Assembly: GCF_006345805.1 (NCBI RefSeq)
Contig: NC_043000.1
Coordinates: 42,718,001 to 42,782,000 of the forward strand
DNA: 64,000 bases
Source of the DNA: Octopus sinensis
Taxonomy: Eukaryota
Reading direction: 5' to 3'
Part shown: positions 11,861-25,989 of the stretch, one piece after another
Numbering within the stretch: the stretch's first letter is position 1
Layout: the number at the start of each line of letters is the position of its first letter
The notes under the pieces: generated by a model
What the model was told of the DNA's origin: nothing
The model's input: the letters and a program-made list of their open reading frames with translations, nothing else
The model's database searches: none
Position numbers and translations under genes: made by a program

Positions 11861-13058
11861 CACAGTTTAGTTTACTGCAATTCAGCGACTAGTAGTGAGA
11901 GACTTTCTTTGGACATCTATCAAAAAGAAAATCACTGATATAACATTGCGATTTCATTTGTATACAATGATGTAACGACTTCTCTTTAGACAAATGTGTA
12001 CGCTATTCAAAGCATGGTATTAGCTTAGTTCAAGGCCTTTCCTAACGTTAAAATAATTCGTTTACAAGCATCCCTTGATAGTTACCATACCTAGCACACT
12101 CTCTATGTTGCACACTACATGCAAACATATCTGTGAAAAGCAAAAAGCTCAATGTAAGATTACATGACAGAATGAAGGCATGTGTTACAGTTAGTTGTAA
12201 GCCCTCTGAACATTTGGTGCAGATGTGCCCTTCGATGCCACGTCTGTGAAAAAGAGTAGAACCATTAAATATGTTGCTTGTGTTTAAACGAGCAATCAAA
12301 TGATACCATTGCTTGCAATCAGGTTTCAGCCATCAGACGTATATATATGTTTGTGCTTATATATAACTATATACATTTATATATTTACACTCATACACAC
12401 ACGCATGCATATAATGTACATATATTGGAAGGCTGAGGATAGAAGGCGTATTAGGATACAGATAGATGCTTAAAAAGTTAAAAATGTAGACATATACTAT
12501 TACAGCGATGAATATGCGTTTGATTCCAAACAAATGAGTGCGCTTATTTAATTATTTATTTATACTTTATGCAAATGGATTCATAAGTGTAAACGAATAA
12601 GTGCATAGTTATCGACAAAATCAATAATATTGTGCAAAATATCAATCGAAACTGAGTTCACTTTAATGATACACTAGTTGACATTTGTATTCACACGTAC
12701 AAGCAAATCTATGTAAATTGCAGGCAAAAATGTTTAAAGCAAATATTTGACGATATACACGATTGAGAATTGCTGTAAGATATATAATATCATTATAAGT
12801 TCGATAATCCTTTATTATATTATATTTGGATGTGAGAACTTGCCTGTTTTATGACGCGACGTTTTCAGTTCGTTTCCTTGGTAATTAATAGAAAAACGGC
12901 GGTTATTAAGTGATAGTGCCCTACAGGAAAGGAGATATTTTTATCTAATTAATACCTTCAATATAAGACGTAACACCATTGAACAAACCACAAACACTAT
13001 TCATGCTACGTTACTAAATAACTGTAAATGATTCCGTGACTTTGTGTATGTATGTATG

Positions 13059-13094
<36 letters not shown>

Positions 13095-13411
13095 ATACGT
13101 ATGCGTGTTTGTGTGCATGTGTATATACGTGTGTGTGTGACTGTGCCGGTATATTATCTAGAACAATTTCTTTAGTATTTTGCTCTCTGGATGGTCTTTG
13201 CTAAGTTTTATACTTCTAGAATAAGTTTTTCAGTAGCTGAATTCCATTCAGCGGTCCTTCGATTTTTCTAAGCCCTTTAAAATAACTCGGATGGTTGGGC
13301 CCCCAACAAAGCCTTTCGTAACACCCTTGAAGCAAGGAAATTTTCAGCACCACCTCGTGTGTTTATACACACACAAACACACACACACACGAACACACAC
13401 ACATACACACA

Positions 13412-13460
<49 letters not shown>

Positions 13461-13595
13461 TATGAACAGATACATATAAATATAATATATATGTAATATA
13501 ATTCTTGTGTACCTCCCCGCTTTCGTTTTTCTTCATTTTTTTCTTGTTATTTTCTCTCTTCGTTTTTGAATTGTATACGTTTTTGAATTGTATAG

Positions 13596-13812
13596 CTGGT
13601 ATACGCCGGATGAAATGCTTAGCGGTATTTCGTCTGTCGTTACGTTGTGAGTTCAAATTCTGCCGAGGTCAACTTTGCCTTTCATCCTTTCGGGGTCGAT
13701 AAATTAAGTACCAGTTACGCACTGGGGTCGATATGATCGACTTAATACCTATGTCTGTCCTTGTTTGTCCCCTCTATGTTTAGCCCCTTGTGGGTAATAA
13801 AGAAATAGGTAT
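13596..13812 (+). mobile_element. SINE family 1 with tail A (Tx1-like tail)
   Basis: B-box-like GAGTTCAAATTC, family core, tail TTTGTCCCCTCTATGTTTAGCCCCTTGTGGGTAATAAAGAAA. Confidence 0.9.
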
Positions 13813-14599
13813 ACGGCGCCGATGAGCCATAATGATAGCGAAATATCAATATCATCACTGTTTTGGTTCTCCTTCGGGGTGAGAGGTATCAGGGCATTCA
13901 TTGTTTTTCAACACTCGGCATCGAGAAGGCACGTTACTACGACGCTGTACAGCAGCTAATAGACGTATATACAAAACACACACAGTAAGTATGTGTCATC
14001 GGTAATGTATGTAGCTCACTTACTCTATTTAATCGACGTTGCCTGTACATCGCAGAGTAACGTGAAATGAAGTGTTGGCCGTACAAAAGAATTTTCGAAA
14101 TGCGATCAACTTGCATTCGGACAACGTGCTCTGTCTGCACTGAGTTACCATCAGAATGATTTCGATACTCGAGATATTACACTTTTTAAAATTTTGACAT
14201 ATGATATCGTTACTTTCTTACGTTTCAGATAATGTGCAGAATTCTATATATAATGCGCAACATGAGTGACTGTGTGTGTGCGTGTAGAAGAGCGTAGGCT
14301 CGAAACGTAAAATACTTGTTTCTATTCCTGAGCGTTATACTAATACGTCTGTTTGTTTTGTACACCACCTGCCTTCGCCTTTTGATTTTTTCGTGAACTC
14401 TCCCCCACCCTATATATATATGTATGTATATATATATATATATATATAATATATATATAATATGCAAAATTTGTATTCACTTATTTTAGTTTTTACAGTG
14501 ACACCATATTCATCTCACAAACGATGGGGAGAAACTTTAAGTAACCTTAAGTATTCTAACACTGATTTCACTATCCAGAGCAATGTTACTGCAGCTATT

Positions 14600-14612
14600 T
14601 CTACCATCTCCA

Positions 14613-14658
<46 letters not shown>

Positions 14659-14684
14659 AACAACTACTACTACTACTACTACTA

Positions 14685-14748
<64 letters not shown>

Positions 14749-14770
14749 TATAATAATAATAATAATAATC
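14600..14770. repeat. (CTA)n(AAT)n microsatellite (SINE tail extension)
   Basis: Directly visible. Confidence 0.95.
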
Positions 14771-15157
14771 ATTTCCACTATAGGCACAAGGCCTGAAATT
14801 TTGAGAGAAGGGGCAGTCGATGACATCGAATCCAGTATGCGACTAGTACTTAATTTATCGATCTCGAAAGGATGAATGGCAAAGTCGACCTCAGCGGAAA
14901 TGGAACTCAGAACATAGCGCCAGACGAAATACCTATTTCTTTACTAGCCACAAGGAGCTAAACATAGAGAGGACAAACAAGGACAGACAGACGGATTAAG
15001 TCGATTAAATCGACCCCAGTGCGTAACTGGTACTTATTTCATCGACCCCAAAAGGTAAAGTCGACCCAGTGAAATTTGAACTCAGAACGTAACGGTAGAC
15101 GAAATACTGCTAAGCATTTCGCCCGGCGTGCTAACGTTTCTGCCAGCTCGCCGCCTT
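14770..15157 (-). mobile_element. Dimeric SINE family 1 (monomer with tail A fused to monomer with tail B)
   Basis: Two family cores in tandem; junction ..TAAAGAAA|TAGGTATTTCGTCTG at about 14921-14945. Confidence 0.85.
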
Positions 15158-15164
15158 CAGACAA

Positions 15165-15232
15165 CAACAGCAACAACAACAATAATAATAATAATGATGA
15201 TGATAATAATAATAATAATAATAATGATGATG

Positions 15233-15315
<83 letters not shown>

Positions 15316-15345
15316 AAGAAGAAGAAGAAGAAGAGAAGAAGAAGA
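15165..15345. repeat. (AAT)n(AAG)n microsatellite
   Basis: Directly visible. Confidence 0.97.
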
Positions 15346-16051
15346 AATTATTATATTTAGCTTTCAATGTCATGTTGATATTCATAAAGACAAAATTTGA
15401 TTAAGATATACAATTGGCCCTGTTCCAGTTTTCATAGACCTATCATAATTGATAGGAATTTCGGAAAGGTGTTTGACGCATTTCATTTATAATTATTGGT
15501 TCATCAGTTTGTTAATATAAGTGAACATATAAATACATACATACATACATTCATATCAACGTGCAAACACAGACACAATTACAAACAAACGCACACATAG
15601 ACGCACTTCGAGAGAAGCCTGCAATGTATACATGTGTATATATGTATGTGCGCGTGTCTCTTAGCGTTCGTTTCTCACTATCTATTGATAGATGTATACA
15701 TACACATATGCCTATATATTAATATAAATATATAAATTAATATACATGCATACATATATATATACATTTATGTAATATATATATGTGTGTGTCTGCGTGT
15801 GTGTATGTATACAAACACAAATACACACGCACACGCATACACTTGCATACATATACATATATATTATAATTTTACGCCTAGAAACACTAGAGATCACTCA
15901 TCGTCAAGAACAATTAAGATACGCTCGGAAGTACTAACACATGTGCACACACACCCAAACACACACACACACACACACACACATACACTTGCATACGTAT
16001 ATATTTGTATATGAATATATATGTATATATATACACTTATATGCATCTATG

Positions 16052-16117
<66 letters not shown>

Positions 16118-16482
16118 TACACATAAATACATACATACATTCAAGATTGGTATAGATGGATATATGTATGTGTATGCGTGTGTGTTTCAGAGCGTATCTT
16201 ATTCGTTCTTCACGATGGGAATTCTTCAATATTTCTGTTTTGTTTCTTTTCGTTTTTTTTTTTTTGCAGTAAATTATTGAATGTATGTGCGTGCGTGTAT
16301 GTGTATGTGCGTGAACCGATACTTTATAAACTTAAATGAAGTACATTAATGACTGAACGTGTCCGAAACTTCCTCCACCAGCAGCGTAAACTGTATGATA
16401 GTTATATTAAATTTCTTGCGATATTTAATACATTTATATATTTTGCGTGTTAAGCATATGCGTTTATGTGTGTCTGTGTGCA

Positions 16483-16526
<44 letters not shown>

Positions 16527-16578
16527 ATATGGATTTAAATATGCATGTATACATTTATGTATATGTATACGTGTATGC

Positions 16579-16653
<75 letters not shown>

Positions 16654-16990
16654 TGTGTGTGTATGTGAGTATTCCGCTATATGTGTAAAGAACGCTTTCA
16701 ATACATAAAGTACATGTACATTTAACGTCTACAAGTAGTCATTGATATGATTATATATTCGTCATGCAGTATTCTGAAGAATATTTATTGTTATGCCCCC
16801 TTGCTCTTCTCTCTTTGTCACTGGATGAGTCTGTAGTGTAACAGTGTATTTCCGTCACAGCATTTAATTTCTTCCTTGTTAGTTACGCGTTCAAATCTCC
16901 TCGGATTTCATTGCTTTTAATAACACACTGTCTGAATAATGAAGTAGCTGAGACACATTGGGATTTGATACCATCGATTATAGCTTTCTT

Positions 16991-17314
16991 TCAATTATTG
17001 TTGTTGTTGGATTGTGGGACTCCCAGAGTCAATCTTTCATAAGCATCTAACCTGTTGGCAATAAGATCAAAGTCTCGTACACTCTTGTTCAATGGTGAAT
17101 CATTCGTCGACGTCGGCGACAATATTTCCTCTCTGGTTATGGTAACTCGTTGAAAGTTATCGACACGATATTCTAAATTTTTCAAGTGTGGATAAGCCGA
17201 AACAAAAAATGTAGCAAATGCAGAGGGCGCATCTTTTGTCAGTTGGAATTTATCTATAGTAGAATGGTTAGTGCATCGGTCACCTCTCTCCAAAATACTA
17301 GGCTTTGTGTTTTT
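16991..17314 (-). CDS. Candidate terminal coding exon of an unidentified gene
   Basis: Acceptor TTTGCTTCTCAG at 17315, 107 non-repetitive codons (KNTKPSILERG...QSNNNN*), AATAAA at 16789-16784. A phase-compatible 57-nt exon candidate lies at 19346-19290. Confidence 0.45.
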   Translation of the reverse strand, partial: KNTKPSILERGDRCTNHSTIDKFQLTKDAPSAFATFFVSAYPHLKNLEYRVDNFQRVTITREEILSPTSTNDSPLNKSVRDFDLIANRLDAYERLTLGVPQSNNNNN

Positions 17315-20300
17315 CTGAGAAGCAAATTATGAGAACGGTGAATTAACCGAATTGCAATAATGTCAGTCAAGCTACCTTGTAGTATTTGTTCCGTCTCTTC
17401 ATGTCCTGCGTTGGAATTCACTCAAATACTTCTTTTCTTTATTCGATTTTTTTTTTTTGCATTAAAAAAAAATTAAACTACAAGTTATGTATTAGGAGTA
17501 GGTGTGATCGAGTGATAACCTCACCAAAAATTTCTGGCTATGAGCCTAAATTAGAAACAATTGTTTTTATCACCGCAATTGCTGCTGCGACGACGAATTG
17601 ACAAAATCATGACCTTGTTGAAAATAGGCTTTAAGCCATTTACGTTCTGAGTTCAAATCCCCCCGGGCTCAACTTCGCCTTTGTCCAAGTACAGGTGATT
17701 GATATAATCGACTTTATGTTCACCTAAATATATCGCCTTGCACTGATGTCAGCAATAATTCTATTTTGGAAATAGAAACATGTGTGTTGTTATGGACCAA
17801 TAAACAAGATATACAAACAAAACATAGAAACAGAAGCCCTTGCCAACTGTCGAATATTTGATTGACTGATCACCGATATGTTCTGTTTGCTCTTGTTTGT
17901 TAAGGTAACAATGACATTTACATTTATTTTTATATAATGTATGTATACAGGTGTATGTGTATGTGCGTGTGTGCGTGTGTGTGCGGCGCGCGATGTGTAT
18001 ATGCATGTATGTCTGTACATATGTGTGTATGCATGTATATGTGTGCATATGGGTATATATAATATATATAAATACTCATCCATACATGTATATATGTGTG
18101 TATATATATATGTATGTATGTATGTATATACATATATATATATATGTGTGTGCGTGTGTAAGATGAAGTGCGCTTGTTAATTATCAACATACCTAGATAT
18201 CCTCTAACGTATATATCGAGTGGACGTGAATGTCATGAAATGGCGAGAAAAAAAATAAACAGAAGAAAAGAGACTAAGAAAATATTGTCAGAAGAAAGGA
18301 AGGACGGAAGAAATCAAACAACCGACGGATATATATTGCGTATTTATAAATAAAATAGTCTGAAATCAAACAAAAGTTTAGCAAGTTGTATTTTCTTTTG
18401 CTGATTTTCTCCTCACATCTCTTCTGATACAGCTTTTTTGGCTTTTTCTTTCAAATTTCGGGGATATGTTTATTTAGATTAATCTATGATTCAACTTCCC
18501 TTACTAAGCTTATGTATTAAAATATTTAAGAAAGTGATTTTGAAATGACATCGATCATGTTGTATGATATTCAATATCTGAGAATTTTAGAGTGGCTGAT
18601 CGTAAAACAAAACAAAACAAAAAATGTATGAATAAAACAGAATTAAAAAATGCTGATATGTTTTATTTGATACTTGTTTTATAAGATTAGACTTTTTAAA
18701 TGCTGCCGCGGGCAAAATCTACTTTACTTCCTTTGGTACCAATGAAGAACTTGAATCGTTCTAATGGAATGTAGCTTTACTCTAAAATATTCAACAATAA
18801 TAACTGTGATATGTGTAAGTCTATCCAATAAGATTGGATACAGAAGTCAAGGAATATTCTTGTCCGAAAATATCAGTCTTTTGGATTTCTCCCCGAAATG
18901 TATAAGATACATAGGTTGAAAGTCTCCCTCGCACTGTGTAGTATTTCCGTAGGTATATGTGTATGAGTGTACACACATGCAAACCCTTACGAGCGCGCAC
19001 ACACACCCTCGTATATATAGCAGAAATTGGTGAAGCTGGAACAAAGAATTTAATTAGTTTGATAGATTCGAATTCAACTTCCTACTTGGGTTGATATAGT
19101 TTACTTTCAGAGATAATCTTACCAGCTAATTACTTGTGCTTGTGTGTAATGGGTAAAGAAACTCTAACTACAACAGGGACTAAGTGCAATAATAAGAACT
19201 ATACTTTTACAGTAAAATTGTTCAAAAGTCCTTTTAATAATCCGGAAGATGCATGTTCGATTCTACTTCATTATATCTTTCACCATAACCTGGAGTCTAC
19301 CTAAGCGTTTTGCGTAAAACTCGGCGGAAGGAAATTCTTTCGCAATCTGTCAAATGAAAATCATATGAAACAACCTTGCCAAGCATTCTACCACGTTGAT
19401 TTTGTCTCGTGATTAAGACTAGAGAGCAAGAAACTGTTGAGTAGCCATCGACTTAGAAGCCAATGCGAAGAGTAACCAGTTCTGTTGATGTGGACGCTCA
19501 TGAGAGAAACCGGCAAAGTTCTAGTTACATTTATCTTTTACTACTGTCAATGTTGTCACACATATACACGTTAAACATATTCATGCTCACATCTTCTCAG
19601 CCGTTTTCTCGTTTTACTTCTTTCTATCTCTCAATTTCATGTCATACGCACTGCTTAAAATAATATTTACAAATGTGTCGAAGAACTATCACGCTCGGTT
19701 AATACACAAATAAACACAAGCAGTTTTTCTCTCATATTTACTCTTACACTCATTCTTTCTATTTACACACCAACTTCTCTTTCTGTATCTCATCATATCT
19801 ATTCATATATGCATACATTCATACACAAGCACAACATTTATGCAAAATACCAACATTAGTAACAAGTGCTTCAGACAAAGGAAAAAATACACACAAAAAA
19901 ATCTCAATTTCCATACATTAGAACAAGTGTTGGACGTTTTCATATAAATAACATATTTAACTGTATTAAATGTTTTGACTACATATTGGTTGAATTATCT
20001 TGTTGATCTTAAAATTAAGGCAATTATGTTAAATACATGCATGCGGCTGTATGGGTGAGCACGCGCGCGTGTGCTGTAAAATTAAGGTTATTAATGAATG
20101 TTTAAGAATAACATCGGAAACTTTAATGAAGGAATGGAATTAATATTGACTGTAGAGTCAAGTGTATTTTAAAATTCGCCCGATGGTTCATTCAGTTACT
20201 CTTGCGGGCTAGCCTACCGTTGTTTTCAAAATGGGTGTGTACGTGCGCGTAGGGGTTTGTACTTGTCTACACTCATACACATATATCTACAGAAAGACTG

Positions 20301-21817
20301 CAGAGAGCGAGGGAGAGAGTTTTAACGTATGTAGCTTATATATTTCGGGGGAGAAATACAATAGACCGATGTTTTCGAACAAAAATATTCCTTGACACAT
20401 TGTACCCAATCTTAATGCAAAGACTTACCCATATCACATTTGTGATTGTTGAACGTGATATAAGATAAATAAATAAGAATGATTACATAACCATCTTTTA
20501 TGAGAAATTGATTAAGGCTTAATGATTTTTATAAGGAGCGATAGTAGAAAACCCCGCGAATCAAGGCGATAACTGGTCTGTAAGATAAAATTCAATTTCA
20601 ATATACCACAATATACTACAGCAAATTTGACCACTTTCTTTTCATTCATTCGATCACACACACACACACAAGCGCGTTTCTAAGGACAGCCATTTTAGTC
20701 GCTCTGCCCGATCATGCAATAGATTGTACAAGATTACATGTTACCAGAAGCAGTAAGAGTGACCTTAGGCATACACGTATGCATACCCACATAATACTAA
20801 TTTACATATATAAAATGGTCGTTGGTATGGTAAGAGTTCGGGATACAATGCCTTACGTTGTTCAACCTGGATCTCTACGCTCTACGCTTGGATCCTTCCA
20901 GGATCTACTTTGCATCTTATATTTTCTATGTCGATAAATAAAGCACGCTTCTGTATAGTAATCAAATCTTCTTTCTCGTTCACACTCGGTCTCTGTCTGC
21001 CTGCCTACCTGTTAATCTCTCTCTCAGTCTCATTGTAACATTTTCAGTAGAAGAAATCGGTGGCGATAGGTCCTGGAGAGAAATGGACTGTGCCAGTTGC
21101 AAACTGCCCAATACATGACGTATGTGAAGATGACACCACAAGGGCATTATTAGAAGCTGAATGTCTCGCTATTATCCTCCGCACTTCTAAGAATAAATCT
21201 TCATAATTGTAAAAATGAATCTGCTAGGATATGATAGAATGAAGTACGAGAGATTTCAACCTGTGTGTGTGTGTGGTAATATGTAGTGTTTGACAGTGTG
21301 TGCTTCAGAATTTATATAGGAAATGAGAACCTTTGTTTTTTGAAAAAATTATCATATTTCTTAAGATTAGTAAAAATAAAAGTGTATAATGTTAAAAATA
21401 TTCAAAATAAATGATACTACAAGTAATGAGGATTTTCATGTACAACAGAATTTTTGATGTATCATTTTCTTGTATGAAAACTAGGGACATTGGAAATGGT
21501 GTAGCAACCAACAAAATTCTTTGCTGTATTTAGTTCTGCCATTTTCATATTCTGAATTAAGTTATACACTTCTGTATACACTTGTGGCTATGGTAGAATA
21601 CAATGTTTTACAGCAATGTAAAACAGTTCAAATGTAATCATAGTTCTTACACAGCTGATAACTTGCGGCCAGTATACTTCCGTATATTTGATAGGAACCA
21701 TCTAGTTTCTGCAGAATTTTTGTGATAGTATATTTAAAGAATATATTATTTCAGTTCATTTTATTTTGCAGAACAACACACAATACTGCCCTCAGTTTTC
21801 CGCTTTCAGAACTACAT

Positions 21818-22333
21818 TCACATGCATAGGTACGCTGGCATTGTATCTAACATTTTGTATGCGTGCAGATTGCCATCTCTACAGTTTGTTTCCGCATTTC
21901 TCTTTGAAACCCGAGATAATCGACATCTGTTGATTATTTCAATTCTGTTTGATCTCGAGTTTATTATTAATCTATTTGCAGCATTTCCTACTTGCTGAGT
22001 TATATCCAACCGTGCATCGATTTGGCATTCATTTTCTTGGAGCCGTATTGCAACCTTTCTTAATCTGAAATCTTTCAACCTTATTTCTTTCTCGGTTTCA
22101 CTTCTTTGCATCTCGTTAGTGAACTCCAAGACTGCTGTGCTATTATCCAGTAACCTTATTTCCATCAGACCTTCAGTTAACTGCGTCGTTACTTCCTCCA
22201 GAGTTTCAGTTTCATGCAACCTGTCAATAGCTGGGATTGTCTTCAGGTCCGACATTATAACCTTTCATTACAGACAGTACACTATTGCTGCTTGGCAGCA
22301 GTTCCTGTCAACACATATTCCGATAGCCTTCAT
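21818..22333 (-). pseudogene. Disrupted ORF: Cys-rich N-terminus plus coiled-coil-like region (possibly B-box/TRIM-like)
   Basis: MKAIGICVDRNCCQAAIVYCL** followed in frame by a 145-aa charged helical-looking ORF; an alternative frame reads CNERL*CRT*RQ. Confidence 0.35.
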
Positions 22334-22996
22334 TTATCTTTTTTCTCTTTCTGTTCTCCTTTCATCTCCCTATATCTGAATATCTTTGCTATTTTTTATA
22401 TGTTCACGTAAGTGCTAACACGAACAGATAGTTAGGGATATATTAAAAAAAACACGTTATCTGAAGTTTAAAACACGAAACTTTTAAATGGCTTCTGTTT
22501 ATGCTTGAACCGTAACGATGCATCTACGATCAGCTTGCTGATATTAAAAGTCAACCTTTAAGATAATATATCTCATTGATAAATCTTGTTTGATCATTAA
22601 AACGCATGGCAAGATTTTTCACTGTTGGTAAGGCACAACTTACACCTAACAGATTGGCAAAATCATTAGAGTGACAAAATAAACCATCCTGTATTTAGTT
22701 GCCAATGTTTATGTTCTAAAGTTTTAAGCATTTGGTGTTGCGTAATAACAAGTTTGTGTGATGCTAATGTTGGGGATCGAAACTTCAAGATTATATTTAG
22801 TGTTAACTTTTTTTCGTGTTAAAATGACTTATGGCTAATAAATTCTATATTGTCTCTTATGGAGAAACGGAGGCGCATCAGGCCTTCGAATATTTAACCG
22901 AAGTATGCTACTATTAAATTAATAAGACATGCTTGATTTTTACAGTTCTTCATCATATCATATAGCTAAACACACACACACGCGCAAACACACACA

Positions 22997-23034
<38 letters not shown>

Positions 23035-23124
23035 TATATTTATCTATCTATCTATCTATCTATCTATCCGTCTGTCTAACTCCGAGTAAAAGCTTTTGTT
23101 AAATTTCTGCTGCTTTTAAATAAA

Positions 23125-23172
<48 letters not shown>

Positions 23173-23254
23173 TATATATATAATATATATATATATTATA
23201 TATATATAGATATATATATATATATAGATAGATATATATATATGTATGTATGTA

Positions 23255-23665
23255 CAGGGTGCGATAGGAAAGTTGTCGCCATTTTATATTTTTAGTTTCA
23301 TGCATGTGCATTGTTTGCTTTTGATTTTGTCGAATACACAGTATAGTAGAGTCAGTTGGGCACCGTCTAATAAAAAATAGTACCATGACGCAATTCACTC
23401 TGCCAGAACTTTGGAAACGACATGCTGTACTACTAGGCATTTGCGCCGGAAGTTCCAATACGAATATTTGAGAGTGTTTAGGTGTCAATCTTAGGACAGT
23501 GCTTGTAGCGAGAGTGATAAAAACCAAACATCCAGTAAACATCATGGTGTTTCGAGTGATCACTAGTCATGGCGACGTTATGTCTCCTTTCATCTTCCTA
23601 CACGATCTCAGACTCAACACGGAGGCTTACATCAAATGTCTGGAGAAGGTAGTGCTGCTCTGATT
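23255..23665 (+). mobile_element. Internally deleted maT/DD37D mariner
   Basis: TA then a CAGGGTGCGATAGG terminus; MTQFTLPELWKRHAVLLGICAGSS..CLGVNLRTV joined to KTKHPVNIMVFRVITSHGDVMSPFIF..LRLNTEAYIKCLE. Confidence 0.85.
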
Positions 23666-23757
23666 CAAGCCATAAGCTTTAATCTTATATCATAATATCA
23701 TTATTATTATTTACAGGATTGTAAAAACTGTGCCGTATAAAAATCCATTCGCACCGT

Positions 23758-23820
<63 letters not shown>

Positions 23821-24096
23821 AGCGCGTTAAACGGACATTAAAGGAAATGGTAAAACATATATTTGTATTTTAAAGAAGCGACAGTGACACAAAGGCTAAG
23901 AGTTTTGTGCGTTGGTGCTTATCAAACTTATCATACACACGAAAATCTCGGCCCCTATGTTAGTCTGTTGCCTCTGCTAAATATTAATAAAATATATAGA
24001 TAAACTCATCTTTTGTGCCCTAATTTTCTGTGCACCTCACCAAACACACACACACACACACAGCTTCGATATTACAATGCTTCAACCGAACTACAC

Positions 24097-24149
<53 letters not shown>

Positions 24150-24261
24150 AATAAGTGTAGAAATTGATATTAATCAATTAAAACCTGTGGCCTATCATAT
24201 TAAAAAAAGATTAAAATATTTTTACATACAAAATTTAAAGGACTAACCACTAAAGTGGAGG

Positions 24262-24312
24262 GTCAACATGCTAGATATAGACGTCAAATCGCTATTTTCC
24301 ACAAAGAATACG
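24262..24312 (+). mobile_element. Possible Penelope-type RT motif remnant
   Basis: LDIDVKSLFST resembles the PLE RT motif FDVxSLFT; very short. Confidence 0.2.
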
Positions 24313-25989
24313 TTCTCAAATAAAAACCCAGCACGTATCAAAGCACTAAAAATAAGCAAGACAAATGAAAATATACGAAATATATTGGTATGTATATATA
24401 TATATATTATATATATATATATATATATCAAAATCAAGGAACGGCCATAATAGGCCATTCACCCACTAGAAATAACAGCCACAGCTTCAACCGCAAAATA
24501 ACATTAATTCCGCAAACCAGGAGAAAATTTAAAAAAAACATTTACCCTGTAATTTCTTATACGATGCACCGTTTCATCTATTGTTTAATGGTAAACTAAC
24601 CTGATTAAATTAAATGAAGCCAATCTTCCATAGGCCCTTAGATTCGTCAGTAAGAAATAGCAGATAGGTAATCACATAGAATTTTCATTTGCCTAATGCA
24701 TCTGTAAACAAGTTGTCAATTATGTAAACGTTGGCAATTATGACCGGTACGTTGTCAATTATGACTGTAGCATTGAGATATGTAGATAACAAAATCTTCA
24801 TGAAGAAGATAATACAGTATATTGCTAAATTTTAATAGGATTTGAATCTTTTCTCCCAGCGTTATGATAACGATTAATAGGAAAACAATCGTTTTTATAT
24901 ATAACATATTGACTTTAATTAAATTAAATCGTTTTTCCTTTCGTTTTTGAACAGTATGTAATTACTTTTATTCCATGTATGAAGAAGAGTAAACTGTGCT
25001 ACGAGACGAAAATATAGAAGAATGAAAATGGTTTCGAGGAATGCTACACTAAAAAAGAATATATATTCGTGTATGTATTTGTGTGTGCCTATGTGTATGT
25101 GTATCTGTGTATGTGTGTGTATAGATATATATCGTAAGATTGATTAAGCACAACAACCGTTTAATTAAATTATTCGGAGTGGAATGAAGTAAAATTGAGT
25201 TCTACACAAATATTTAGATGTGGTGACTTGCAAAAGAAGACGTATAATACTATGAGTGTGTGTGTGTGTATGTGTGTATTTAAACACACCCCTCCACACA
25301 CACACAAATACACACACATACACACGTTCACACACTTACACCACACGCGCACACGTATATGCACACACACACACACACGCATACACACACACACACAGAC
25401 GTGTACTTACGTATAAAACACACTGTAAAATTTCATATATTGTTAGTTTTTTTTTCTGTCGTTGCCGTATTTGAAAGAGTTGCTTGTAATTCTGTTAGCA
25501 CTAATCTTCTGTATAAGCACAACTTTTTTTTCTTTTACTATTTGTTGGTGGCTTCAGTATGTAAAACATTCTTTAACATTCTTCTCCATGATGACATGTT
25601 TATATTCCACATAACTCTGCATGTATCGAAGCATCATGTCCAATTCTGTTTGCTTGATGACTGATTTATCACTTCTATGTATATAGCCGTTATGTTCTAG
25701 CTCAAGTAATTGCTTTCGTCATTGCTTGACAGACATCGAACATATAAATAGCTTGCCTTTGGTAACAAAATCATTTCCTTTACTTAGTAGGTTTAGATTC
25801 GAAGGAAGAATTTTTATCGTTCAATGTTATTTATTTCAAGGTTTAATTTGTTGATTTTTTTTTTTTTTTTTGCAATTACATTGTATATACTATTTCTATT
25901 TCGTCCTCAGATTATTATATAAATGTTGTGGTTGTTGATATTAGTTTCCAGAATTTTGAAGCGGAAATTTATGGCAACAGAAAGCCAAA

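Noticed and set aside
14280-14325. GAGCGTAGGCTC-GAAACGTA as a hammerhead
   Set aside because: A hairpin and GAAAC are present, but there is no CUGANGA core and no stem I.
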